From NCBI GenBank assembly GCA_002189035.1, contig CM007990.1:4960001-5024000 (forward strand): a DNA stretch of 64,000 nucleotides, written 5' to 3'. The position numbers were made by a program, and so were the translations under genes. Source of the stretch: Utricularia gibba. Lineage: Eukaryota > Plantae > Magnoliophyta. Of the stretch, positions 12,005 to 24,180 are shown piece after piece; position 1 is the first letter of the stretch, and every line of letters begins with the position of its first letter. The notes under the pieces are model-generated. The model was not told the origin of the DNA. It worked only from the letters and a program-made list of their open reading frames with translations, and made no database searches.

Positions 12005-12499
12005 CTATTTGTTCTTCTATTTTTCACAATCTTTTTTACGATCTGATGTGCCATTGTGATTGCACCGTGAAGCTTCGAACTGCTTGTTTATTGTCTTGGT
12101 GACTGGTTGACGGAATGACTCGACATGGAACTTCCCGCCGGGCGTTTTAGTTGTCCGAATTTCGAAAAGGAATGATCCACTTCTTTCGTGTCTACGTACC
12201 ATTCCCATGGCGCCAAAACAGCACCCAATAGTGATGATGCAGCTGCCGCATTGAGTCCCCACAAGGCTAATTCCGATTTATTCTGTAATTTGTGCTCCAA
12301 TGCGCCTGAGGAGGAGGTCAAGGGAGTTGCGCGCCTTGTTGCTACATATTCTGCAGTTTCCGATTTCCCTTTTCCTGCCTCCACTGGGGAACCATAAAAA
12401 CCTGCCTTTACGCGGGTCGACCGGCGGAACCACCCGGTTCAACCCCAACTCAAAACATTGCGTCAACGGCATATACGGCACAATAGAGGTAGTAGCTCC

Positions 12500-15395
12500 A
12501 TGGGAGGAGTGGAAGAGAAGAGTGAAACGGGGAAGCTTGGTTCGCCAATCACTGTGATCGAGGAATGGAACGGCGCCGTGTCCTCGAAGCTTACGATGAG
12601 CGCTCGGATAACTGTTTCCAGAGACTCCGTGCAAAAAACTTCTCGCCCTTTCAATTATCTTTCTCGGACACTCCTTGACGCGTTTGTTCCTGAGGTGCAA
12701 ATATGCCCTTTGTTTCCTTAACAATGCTGTATCAAAGTAGTTATTTTAGGTTTACGTTGATCTTGAGATGAGGCGCAGAGGAATTCAGAAAATGTCTACT
12801 CTTTTCTCTTAATTTTCCCCGATTGTGATTAATGTATGAGATTGCTGAACATGTTCTTCCCACTTGAAATAACTTGGAATTGTCCTTTTTCTCCTCAAGA
12901 ACATCCTTTTCTTTGAGATCATTTTATCTGAGATCGATGCTCTACACAGGGATTTCCAAATAGTGTGACTGATGACTACGTGCCATTTCAAATTTGGGAT
13001 TCATTGCAGGTTGGTAATCAGTTGATTATGTAGGTTGTTTTTTAAGTTGGATGGGAATGCTGATTGGGTTCTGTGTTTGTCGTTCCTTTTCAGGGTCTTT
13101 CAACTTATATGAGAACAATGCTTTCTACGCAGGTCAGATACTGAATATAAAATGTGATATCAGTTTTTTATTTTTCCGTTTGTGATCTCTTACAAGCCTG
13201 AGTGATAGGCTCTTCTAAGTGCAATCGGGGTCGGTGAGAAGTCTGCTACGGTTATTGGAGCCACTTTTCAGGTGTATCACTGATAATGAAACATTTGAGT
13301 TTTCAAGCTGATGATTTGAGTTGCTTTTACACTAACTCTAAACTTCATGTTGTGGAAACAATTTCAGTGGTTTCTGAGAGATTTAACTGGAATGCTTGGA
13401 GGTGTCTTATTTACATGTTATCAGGTATTTTTCCATACTAACTCTACTTCATGATCATGGGACCCGAGTTCCACAAACTGCCTATTGACATTCATACAAT
13501 GACAATACCAAGAAATGTTGTGCCTTGTGCTGCTTTTTGAAGTTGCTGGTACAAATGACCGAAGCCAATAACTTCATGATCATTTTCCTTCAGGGATCAA
13601 ATCTGGATAGCAACGCTAAAATGTGGCGTCTGGTAGCTGATCTCATGAACGACCTTGGTAACACTGCCTTGAGCTTTTCCCTTTTGTTATTTTATCAAAT
13701 GCTATAGTGACTATATGATGCTAGTTTCTCCCTTTTACGCCAGTTCCGTTATGCCTCTATCTATCATTATTGCCTTAAAGATTTATAGTATATTGTTCTA
13801 AGATAAGGTTATACAGGGATGTTGATGGACCTTCTCTCACCGTTGTTTCCATCTGCCTTCATGTTTATCGTTTGCTTGGGGAGTTTATCCAGATCCTTCA
13901 GTAAGCTCCAACCTATCTACCACTGCAGAATGTGAGGAAAAAGATTCCATCCTGATTCTTTTATACCCTTTATCTGAGTAGCTGGAGTCGCTAGTGGTGC
14001 CACTAGAGCTGCCTTAACACAACATTTTGCACTTCAGAATAATGCTGCAGATATATCTGCGAAGGTTCTGCATGCATTTGCAGTGTTCTCTATAAAGAAT
14101 ATCAAATGGATACATTTGACTTGAACTGACGGGATGCCTTCTCTTCCCTTGATAGGAAGGGAGTCAGGAGACCGTGGCAACCATGGTTGGAATGGCTTTA
14201 GGAATGCTTATTGCTCGAATTACCATTGGTCATTCAGTAATAATTTGGTTCTTTTTTTTGTCCCTCACATTCTTTCATATGTATGGTTAGTCTTCCTTGT
14301 AGTTAACCGCCTTTTTCTTTTTCTTCCCTTGAAGCCAAGAAAATGTCATATTCATCTGAATTTTCTTTTGTAGCAAACTATAGGGCTGTGCGATGCCTCA
14401 CATTGTCTACATTGAATTTTGGAAGAAGTGGGATTCTCCTATCTCATTACATGGAAACCGGCCAAGGTGAATCCTGAATTCTAGATCAAAACTTGGCTTT
14501 CAAGGGAGAAACCAAATATTAGTCTAGAGTGATAACAACAATATTTGGACCTGATCTAACAAAAGGAAAACTCTGTGTAGCTTTTCCCCTGAAACATATA
14601 ACCTTACCCATGTTAGAAGTTCCTTTGTTTTTCTTCTCTTCCACAAAACTCCTGTAGGTACTAACATTTGGATGTGGTAGTGCTTTCCCCTAGACAGGTC
14701 TCTGCTTTGGAACATGTTCTACCTTCATGGAGTAGATCAGGTGATAAATGTCTGCACAGAAGGATAGCCTTAGGTGTCCGAATCTCATCCCTCGAATCCG
14801 ACAAAGTGTGAGTGTCCGAGATTCTATGTAACTTTCTGTTTTCTCTTCCTTTCAGAAGTAGGCATTGATCATTGAGCTGTCTTGTTTATTTACTTGCAGG
14901 ATGAGCCTTTCCTCACTTGCTAATACTTATTACAGCAAAGGTTGTGTTCCCTGAAACATAAGCTCAGGAGTTGCATTGAAACATCAACATATCATTCATA
15001 ACTTGTCTCATATTTGCAGAAAAGTACATACTGCTCGTTACAAAGCAGAAGATAAACATCATCATTCATAAAGATGCAGCAGCAGCGGATATTTTACAGG
15101 CATTCATCCATGCTCTCGTGCTCTCACGACTCGAAGATAATGGCAAGGGTGGATCGGTGCATGTAGAGAGCCGATCGTGGATGGATGTAAACTACCAAGA
15201 CCTTGTTTCTAAGGTAAACTAGACAACCAAATAACGTAGCCCTGAATCATTTCGTTCCCATTTCTCAGAAGTTGCTGGTTCAATCCTGTTTTACAGCTGA
15301 AGTCATTTGGCTGGAAAACAGAGCAACTTTTGGCACCTTCAGTTGCGTGGAAGGCGAATTGGTTCACGAATTCTGCTGAAGACAAAATCGACTGA
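12500..15395 (+). CDS. RUS3: ROOT UVB SENSITIVE 3-like (DUF647) protein
   Basis: About 12 short exons: TVIEEWNG...AFVPE, GFPNSVTDDYVPFQIWDSLQ, GLSTYMRTMLSTQ, ALLSAIGVGEKSATVIGATFQ, GSNLDSNAKMWRLVADLMNDLG, GVASGATRAALTQHFALQNNAADISAK, EGSQETVATM, ending GWKTEQLLAPSVAWKANW. Confidence 0.92.
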
Positions 15396-15871
15396 GGATC
15401 TTCTTGAGTTTCCATGATCCTGCACTTTTGAGCAATGGCACATTATATGCAGTGGGAACTTGCTCATAAATGAAAAGTTCCGTTATGGCTTGGAGACAAA
15501 AATGACAGTGAACAATGCCCACGAGATCAAACATATATACTATTGAGCAAAGTTTTACATCAGACAGATTCTTTTGTAAAATAAAGGATGAGAATCACAT
15601 GAGACTAAATCTAAATTCTAATTGGTGGAGTGCAATTATAGGTTCAGCTGACGATGAAGACTACATATTTATCTGGTGTTTGTGTTACAAACCCTGCAAA
15701 TTAACTGCTCAAAATACGTCATAAATTTCAGAAGCAAGACACCAAGTGGTAAGAGACATCCCATCAACACCGCGGATTTGAGTTCTTACTCACAGGGAGC
15801 AGCATCGTTAGATTAGATGGAACAAGCACTATTTGTTCACATATTGGAGACTCAAGCTTTTTGAAGATTGC

Positions 15872-17839
15872 CTAGTTGCCATACTGATGGTCCTCAGCTT
15901 CGACATTCTGTTCAAGATGAATACCTTGAAGGAAACTGCCGAGCGGTCTTTGGTTGAAAATCATGTTGGGAAGCTGAACAAGAGATACTCATTAAAGAAA
16001 AGGAATAATCAATGCAAAAACAATGCATAGCAGAAGAGTGAAAACCTTGTCACCGAAGTATATTTTGGAGTTGTTAGTAATAGCTTCAATGAATTTGAGT
16101 TCCAAGTACTGAGAGGTAAGCTTCAACTTGTTTGCCTCCGCTTCCCTCATTGCCCTGGAACAGCATCCATATTCATTCCAGTTTTTGAAGTAGGAAACCA
16201 AGGGGAACAGGTTGGCAAGTGACAAATGATCGACAGTATCCACAGTTTCAATGGACAATGGCTCCATTATGAAAACTCAATTAATTCCAGTGATTCAGTA
16301 GCACAAAAAAAATGGTATGTTTACCTGTAGTAATCAGCATCAGCCAAGCTCTTTTCCCTGGCTAAATACATTTCATTTGCAATTTGCTCCTGCTTCCTGG
16401 CACTTTCTTTTTCCATCAACTTCTGTTCCATTTGGATTTGGCTAACCTGGGAATGTTTTTCAGCTTCACTTATTGCGATTTTTTTCTCTGTTTCTGCTTC
16501 CTTCTCAGCAACCCTTTGCCTCTCGACAGCAATCAGAACCTTTTAAGATCACTTACTGCTTTCAACATTCTAAGAGATGGTTTGATAAAAACAGAACTTT
16601 ACGTCCAGTTATGAGAGGATCCGTTTTCCATACCTTGGTGCGCTCCTCCTCCATTTTTTCAAAATTCTGACGTATACTCTCAGGGATTTTAGGTTTTGTG
16701 ACACGGACACTAATGATTTCAATTCCAGGAGCATAGCGTGTGCAGTCCTTCTGAAGTGCATCCTTCATTTTCTCATCAATCTGATAATTTGACGGAAAAT
16801 CCAAAAATATGAAACACAAACTTAAGGTAACAGAGATAGTCTAGAAGGCACACAGAAATTGCAAAAAATCTAGAATTTAAACACCCAAGTTAGATGCCTT
16901 GCCTGATCAAACATATCAATATAAACTTGCTGGAGCGAATGAGAACTGCAAAACTGATTAATTTCATGGTGGATCTTGTCGTATATCCATGTATTATCAT
17001 AGTGCACACCAAAGTTCATCAATGTTTCATAGACATATTCCTTGCGGAGGCGATTAACAACCTGAAGGTAAGGTAAGCCAAATATTATCCAATAACGTGA
17101 GCAAGTTCTACATCCACAGTAAACGAACAGGATCAAAGGTAGTATCACCTCTATCTTCTCAAAATTAATCATCACACCACCCTTTGTTCCACATGGAATG
17201 TCTCTCACCTGTTCCATAATAAGGAAAAGGGGTGAAACAAACAATAGACCACATGAAGGGAATCCATAAAATCATGGAGAGAAGTATACCAGATCCGTCT
17301 GGATCGTCACTTGAATTGGCTCAAATTGGGTTAGGAAGGGAAGTTTAAGATGAAAACCTTCATTCGCAGATTCAATTATGGAAGGTTGGATCATAACAAC
17401 AGAGTTCATGTAGAAGAGTAATGTGATAGCATACAGCAACTACCTGGATTCGTGATAGTGTCTAAAAGAGCACCTCCTCTCCAATAAGCCCCAACATGCC
17501 CTTCAGGAACTTGATGCACAATATACGTACTACTCTGAGATGAAGGCGTGATGGCCTGCAGAATTTCGTCAACTCAATCCATTATCTTCCGAACCCAACA
17601 AGATGAAAGTCGAATCAAGCAGGTAAAGTGGAACAAATTACAATACAAAGACTAGGACGGGAAATAAAAATCAACGATCAAGAAAGATATCATGTCGTCA
17701 AGGTGATCGGCGCCTGGCGTACCATAACGGCGATAGATGCGAATATCGCCACAATGGCGGCAAAGACGAGTGATTCCGGCACCGCTCCTCGCTGTGGGGT
17801 CCTCGCCGGCCGTTCGGGAGGCTGCGACTGCCCTTCCAT
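15872..17839 (-). CDS. SPFH/band-7/prohibitin-domain protein, erlin-like
   Basis: Nine exons: N-terminal hydrophobic segment ([16 protein letters not shown]), [95 protein letters not shown] and [10 protein letters not shown]. Confidence 0.93.
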
Positions 17840-18010
17840 ATTTAAGCAACAAACCCCCTGCGTGGTTCAACAGCATTCTTTTATGCCCGTTGTCTCTTTC
17901 GTTAATGAACTTAGTATCATTAATCGTACCTAAAGCTACGGCCCCTCCTTGACTTGCGTATTCTCCAAAGCAAGATTAAATTAGGGCTCTGCAGATCGTC
18001 GGGAGTTGTT

Positions 18011-18681
18011 ATGGAAGACTCGGAGAATCAGCCAGAAAGAGAGGAGCATCTCATTCGGCGATTGAGGGAAGATGGGGAAATCCCGGGCAGTATGAACTGA
18101 GTGCCAAAATGTATTTTTTGATGGAATTCAAAGCTTTGATTCCGATGGTGAGGCGTTTGTTCATATACTGAGTTTTACTGAAATTGCTATCAAAACAGAG
18201 AGCGAAAGGATCATAAGCCTGCAATTGTGAGAAAGTTCGAACTCACCCCCGTGACTCCTATTTGGGTTGCTGAAGCTCGATGGTCCAAGGCTACGTCCAA
18301 CGCCCGGTGGTGAACTGTAACCCGGCACCGTGCTACCCTGATTCGCGGGCCAGGTGGAGATGGGATCCCTCCGGTGATCGTTGGATTGTTTGCCGGAATA
18401 GTGTTTCCGTTGAATAAATTGCTGTGTACAGTCTTCCTTTTGTTAAGCATGGCTATGAACTGTTCGATAAAATGACTGAGATGTTGCTAGTGAAAAAATC
18501 TAAGTTGAGTTGCTCGAGAAAATCAAACCTGGGACCAGATGGATAAATGCATCCTGCAGCAGCAGACATCACAAACAAGACAAGAAACATGACGCAGATT
18601 GAGAAATCAGAGGACAACGACTTGGACAAGAGGAGCAGATATTTTCGTGAAGACACTGACTTGGAGGATTGGGAATCGTAG
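18011..18681 (+). CDS. Candidate 66-aa acidic microprotein, two exons (18011-18089, 18560-18681), unknown function
   Basis: ATG 18011, donor GGCA|GTATGA and acceptor CTGCAG|CAGCAG are phase-compatible and give MEDSENQPEREEHLIRRLREDGEIPGTADITNKTRNMTQIEKSEDNDLDKRSRYFREDTDLEDWES*. Divergent from the SPFH gene. No family recognised. Confidence 0.3.
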
Positions 18682-19290
18682 TAGCAGATCCCTGAAAATC
18701 ACAGCTCCCATTAACTTTCTTCATTCAACCACTATTCTTAAACCAAGGATTCTTGGAATCGAATGGCAGAAAAATTGTTATTGTTTATTCCTAAGCATTT
18801 ATTAATACACGAATCAAGTGTAGCGATATCCCCAATTAACTGTTTCGGAACGAAGTATAACATAATAATGGCATTCACTCATGTGCAGCAGCACACCTGA
18901 TCCCTTGCAAAGTACTCAATATGATAAAATTTTGCTGTTAAATATGTGCTCTTGAGAAAAGGGAAAAAATGGTATTGAAATAAAAATTTATGATGCTTTC
19001 CCTACGTACAAAACCAAGAATCGAAGAGAAATCAACCAACACTTGAAGAAGAAAAGAATGGATCGATCAAGAGCTATAACTTAACTATCAAAAGCTTCTT
19101 TACCTTTGAAGTGTGCTCTATTCCACACGTGCCAGAATTTTTACCTGACCTCATCTCTTCCCCTCAGAGAAAAAAAATTGATCGCCAGATCACTTCCATG
19201 TCTATACACAGGGAGCGCCTTTTTTTGTCTGCGCAGTTGTTGCCTGGTACTGATATGACCGAAAATAGGAGCAGCGTGGTAGAAGGTGGA

Positions 19291-21893
19291 TCATTTTTTC
19301 AGGAATGGTTTCTGGCATACAAGCAGGCGCTTGTCACTGCCGTTGTGAAGGTCGATCATCCGAGCTTCCCACCGGAGCTTTGTGACCAGGGAGCGTGTCT
19401 TCTCAATGAGACCAACCTTATCGGAGATGATGGCCCATCCCTGCAGAGGGCGGAAACGTATGTGGGTTCATAAAATATGAGCTACAAAGTCAAGATTATA
19501 AGCAAACTGAGATCTTAGAATCACCTCAGGACGAAGTATACGATCCATTTCAAAGATCAAGTCAATGACACTACATTTCTTAGAAGCAAGGTGGGCCAGC
19601 AGTCCATCAGCAAGGAGCATGTCGTATGTTCGCGGGTATGTGGGAAAAGGTTCACACCTGTTGAAATAAAGATGGTTTCAGTAATTCAGGAGATGTAACT
19701 GATGCTGGTAAAAAGTGACAGGCTCCAGCATCATGACCAGCTAATGGGCATAAGAGAGTCCAGATCGTGCATGGAGAATAGAACTGAGAAGGGAACAAAG
19801 GAAACAGGCTTACCAGTTATGCAAGACACCTGCAAATCCTTGGTCAAGAATGATGGGGAGAGTATCTGCTTCACCTAGAGGCACAACATTCATCACCCAC
19901 ACAGACTTCCTGGCTTCCAGTAAGGCAATATTTACAGCACCATAACGAGCGTTCATGTCCATCACATTCCGAACCATGTTGTACGGAGGCACAGGGTCTT
20001 CATCCCCAGGCCTTTTCGGATGGTCAGAAAAGATAAGTGGAGAAAGCAATGACCAATAATTCTTTAAAGCAGTTCTCTGAAGCTCCAAATCCTCAGTAAA
20101 ATCTTCGGGATTGATTCCTATATTAAACCGTAAGATGCTAAATACCTTGCATACACCAAGACCAACCAAAATGACTATGTTACTTGCCATGAAGCGCAAG
20201 CTGAGCAGGACTCGTAGAGAATGAAGACCTGTTTTGCATGGGGATCCAACGTTTACTGGTAGTTGCACTGATGCACTGACCCAGTGGTTTATAGTATGAC
20301 TGACCAACCTCCCCCTCGCAGACGGGATATGCCTGTTTACTGTCATATGAAAAGTAGCAACTTAATACAGCTAGAATATAGTAAATCCAGTACAAACAGG
20401 TGCAATTGTGCATGCAATACACAGGTTAACCGGGCTCACCCAGAAGTGAAACACTGTACATCAGTTGCTTTCTTCCAGATGAAAGTTTCATCGCGCTGTG
20501 ACACCTGAGCCCAGCAAAGTTTTTTCGTGAACTGTTCAAAGGGACTTGAAATGCTGCCTTTGCTCACTTGCTCCTTGCCAGGTGAAGTTAAAACGAAGTA
20601 TCCTCCAGGCTTGAGGATTCTGTCAACTTCAATAAGAAATATTCCATCTGCCGGAGTAAAGATTTTCAGTTTTCATAATGACTAAACTGGTTTTGTAACT
20701 TGTTACACTTACACTAAATGGAAAAACAAGGATGCAGGTATAAATTAAATTGCATATATTAGCTTCACTTTTCTAGTTTCAGAATGATAAGCACTAACTT
20801 TTAAAACAATAAACAATGAGCATACCCTTGTCGTTCCAGGAGACGCCACACAGAGCACAGTGAACCATGTCATATGATAACGACGGAAGGGGCAGTTGTC
20901 TTGAGGCAAAGTCGCCAATAAATGCTGGAAGACCTCTCTCAAGTGCAACCTGGACTTGGCTGCCAGTTGACTCATAGGCTGCCACACAAACGGCCATCAG
21001 CTTCAGCGAAAGAAGGTGCGCGTCGAAACTACCAAAGCCACATCCAATATCCAACACATTTCGCACCTATGATTCAGCAAAAAAAGAAGTCAACTTTTGC
21101 CTCTGGAACCTGTCCCCTTGTGAAGAGTAAAATAACATCGGAATTCTTACGCCAGCTGCATAAAAGTCAGCATCGCTAACCAATCCTATCATATTAGCTA
21201 TCTGCTTAGAATAATCTTTGACGCTATCACCAATCGTCTCATCTTCTGAGCTGAAAGAAATTTGATTCTCTTCCAACAGCATTAACCTAAAAAATTTCGT
21301 GGTACAAGAAAATGGTGTCAAGGCATAACATGTTCATATTCTCAGAAAAACATGAATGACGACATGCTGAAAGCTGGAAAAATGAATTACCGTTTCGTCA
21401 TGCTTCCAGAAGAAAGGAATTGATCTTTGCTAAGCTTTACATTCGCACTCCATATAACATCTCTACCACCCGGCCAAGTCAAAGGAATCTTGTAGTCCTT
21501 GGGTGGACGAACCAAACAAAACTGGTGCCCTTTCGACACTTCACAGTGACGGCCCAATTCCTCGCCATCTTTAAAACCAACCATCATATTAGCAGAAACG
21601 TTGTAGCAAGGAACATGATTCTCTCTTTCCTTGCCACATAGATCAAAAACCTTAGTGCGATTGGGTTCAAAATGCCTCAATTCCAAATAATCGGCCACAA
21701 CTTGATTTCTCACAGTTACATGGTTAGAATAAACATCAGGCGCCGCAGATTCATCGCCCGAATCAAACGAATCAGAGTAAGATCCCAATATCAAAACCAA
21801 AGCCAGAAAAATAATTAAACAAAAAATGAACCAATTAAGCGGCGGTCTACGACCAAAGTAGAAGGAAGCTCTTTTCTGCCAATAACTTCTCAT
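19291..21893 (-). CDS. Probable (pectin) methyltransferase PMT4/PMT5, QUASIMODO2-like
   Basis: Eight coding exons: type II membrane anchor, CGKERENHVPCYNVS, CLVRPPKDYKIPLTWPGGRDVIW, RLMLLEENQISF, VLDIGCGFGSF, LIFSDHPKRPGDEDPVPPYNMVRNVMDMNA and WCEPFPTYPRTYDMLLADG, ending RLLVCQKPFLKK*. Confidence 0.94.
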
Positions 21894-23274
21894 ATCAAAT
21901 TTCTAGCGATACTCCTCTTCAGAATAAACCGCAGAAAACGCCTAATAACGGCACAACATTAAAGAATCACCAACCATCAATTCACAGACATATATGCAGT
22001 CTGACAGAAATTCCGAACCACCCGCAACAAGCGCGCGGATAAACCGAACCAACCGCATCAGCAGCACCGGAAAAATCAGCAAGCAGACCAAATTTAAGTG
22101 AAATATTATCCCAGACAGTTCACATCTATCACACTCTGATATCTAGACTTCTGGTATCATCCGTAAAACAAATATGAAAACGCAGATCAACCGCCACAAG
22201 TATTTCAACGCCAAAAATCCAGAGAAAAGGATGAGGCAGCTCTATGAAACCACCAATTATCGCCTTCCAGATCCAGTCACCCCTGCATTCCATTTCGTCA
22301 ACGATTCAAAAAAAGGAAAAAGAAAGGTAAAATGCGAGACGGAATCACGAAAGGCAATACGGAATGAGACACACCGAAAAACTCATCCCGATCTCCAAAT
22401 CAAATCGCACCGAATCCACTGCAAGTGCGCGAAGCAAGATCGGCGCATTACATTACCACCAACCAAATGGAGTGAGTGCGGTTTTAGAAAGTCAGCAGAT
22501 GCGATCTTGTTAAGTTTCCGCCATTGACATCCGGAGAGAGACAGATCCTTGCAGGCAGATTCCAGAGAGAGAGGGGAGAGCGTGGTGAAGAAATAAAAAA
22601 ATTAAGAAAATCAACAAAAATACATTTTAATTACCCTTCGGTGGAGCTGTTGATGCAATCATTTGAAACAAAGAAAGGCACGAGGCATCAAGCATCCATC
22701 CATGAGTTGGCCACTACACATCCCCAAATCATTAGAATCAATTATATTTATTTTTTAATTTATTCATCACATCAACCTTTTCTACCATAAATTAAAATTT
22801 ATTAGTTTTAAATTATTATTATATGATAATTTTAATAAGTATACGATTTCATGTATTTGTGGTGATATTTTCCTTGTCTTATACAGAGGGAAATGACGTC
22901 ATCATATTTGTAATTTGTACGGTAAACTACTCACAACTTTGAGTTTGTGGGAATTTTAATTTTCATTCATTAAATTAAATTTTGAAAAAAAAACGTTTAG
23001 TTATCATTAATTGTGATTAAGACGTGAGATTAATAGAGTAATTATCTCGAAGCAAAGTTTCAGAGCCTCATTAATGCTAATTAAGAAAACTAGAACTAGA
23101 CACACGCTCAGGATCGATGACCTTTTTGGGATGTTTGAAACAATACAAAAACAGTGATTATAAACCAGGCAAAGGTGCCATAAATTATGCTGCAGTTGAT
23201 GCAACTAACTTCCACATGTTTCTAGTATCACAAAGTAACATGAGACTGAAGGTGTGCATGGCATAAGGCTTAGG

Positions 23275-24180
23275 TTAGTTGCTTCCCAGTTCCCTGTTCA
23301 AGTAATCCACAAACATCCTCTTGGCGCTCTCAGAGTCAGTTGGTGGAGGAGGGCCGCTCAAGCTGGTCTGTCCGGTCAACTTAAGGAAGGTTCTCCGGTG
23401 CCGGCGAAGCTCTGGGAGACCAACAGTTCTGGATATGGTGATGCTAGGAAATCCAGGTCCAATAGAGATAAGATTGATGGGGCATCCCATGGATTGAGTT
23501 TGAGCTTCTACTATCATGTTTGTGACCTCAAGTGTAGCCTTGTCCATCTCATAAAGAGAATTTGCATCTGTAAGATGAGTAGTTTGTGTGGCGATTGTGG
23601 GCTGCAAAACCTTGACATCCCTAGTTTTGGAGTCTACTTTCTTTGTCAGATAAGTAACAGCTGCTGCGATAGAATCACATGATTTATCAATCCCATCTCT
23701 GTAAGGCCATAACTCAAACAATGGAGAATCCCATCTATTTCTGCTGTCTGGTCTCTCAAATCTTCTAACAAGATCTTCAAATATGTTTGCGTTGTAAGAC
23801 GAACCAGTCTCCATTCGTTCTTCGTTCCATTTACGACAATGAGCTACTTCAACATCACAGTGAACAACACAATATCTAGTTCCAGCGGCACGAGCCAGAC
23901 ACCACAGCTCGTATCTGTAGCCCTTTATGCTATTCAAAGAATCAACTATGATGATGTTACTCTTGGACAATGATCTATCTATTTCAGATCTCAACACCCC
24001 TCTTAAATTCTTCTCAGATGGCATGTCCGCATAGCACTGGTTGCGATCAAGGTGAAAAGATGATTCATTTACAATTCTAACTGACAACTTAGGATCAAAA
24101 TCTAGAAGGGATTCAGCAAGAGCGGCTGCAGCAGTTGATTTGCCACTACACGGCTGCCCACATATAACAACCAAGGCCAT
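23275..24180 (-). CDS. KTI12: Protein KTI12 homologue (DRL1/ELO4), Elongator-associated P-loop ATPase
   Basis: Single-exon ORF of 301 aa: MALVVICGQPCSGKS (P-loop), IIVDSLNSIKGYRYELWCLARA, RRFERPDSRNRWDSPLF and C-terminal LPELRRHRRTFLKL...MFVDYLN. Confidence 0.96.
   Translation of the reverse strand: MALVVICGQPCSGKSTAAAALAESLLDFDPKLSVRIVNESSFHLDRNQCYADMPSEKNLRGVLRSEIDRSLSKSNIIIVDSLNSIKGYRYELWCLARAAGTRYCVVHCDVEVAHCRKWNEERMETGSSYNANIFEDLVRRFERPDSRNRWDSPLFELWPYRDGIDKSCDSIAAAVTYLTKKVDSKTRDVKVLQPTIATQTTHLTDANSLYEMDKATLEVTNMIVEAQTQSMGCPINLISIGPGFPSITISRTVGLPELRRHRRTFLKLTGQTSLSGPPPPTDSESAKRMFVDYLNRELGSN

Noticed and set aside
12188-12499. Upstream frame continuous with RUS3 except for one TAA (12395-12397)
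   Set aside because: No in-frame ATG and no recognisable motif. Long open frames are expected in a GC-rich leader.
14960-14970. 11-nt match to the miR390 5' end (AAGCTCAGGAG)
   Set aside because: The match stops at 11 nt, there is no star arm or hairpin, and it is intronic in RUS3.
23254-23682. 142-aa plus ORF antisense to KTI12 (and similar antisense ORFs over RDR1, the PPR, AGO7, LSMT and the MYB)
   Set aside because: Antisense shadows of well-supported coding regions, with no independent motifs.
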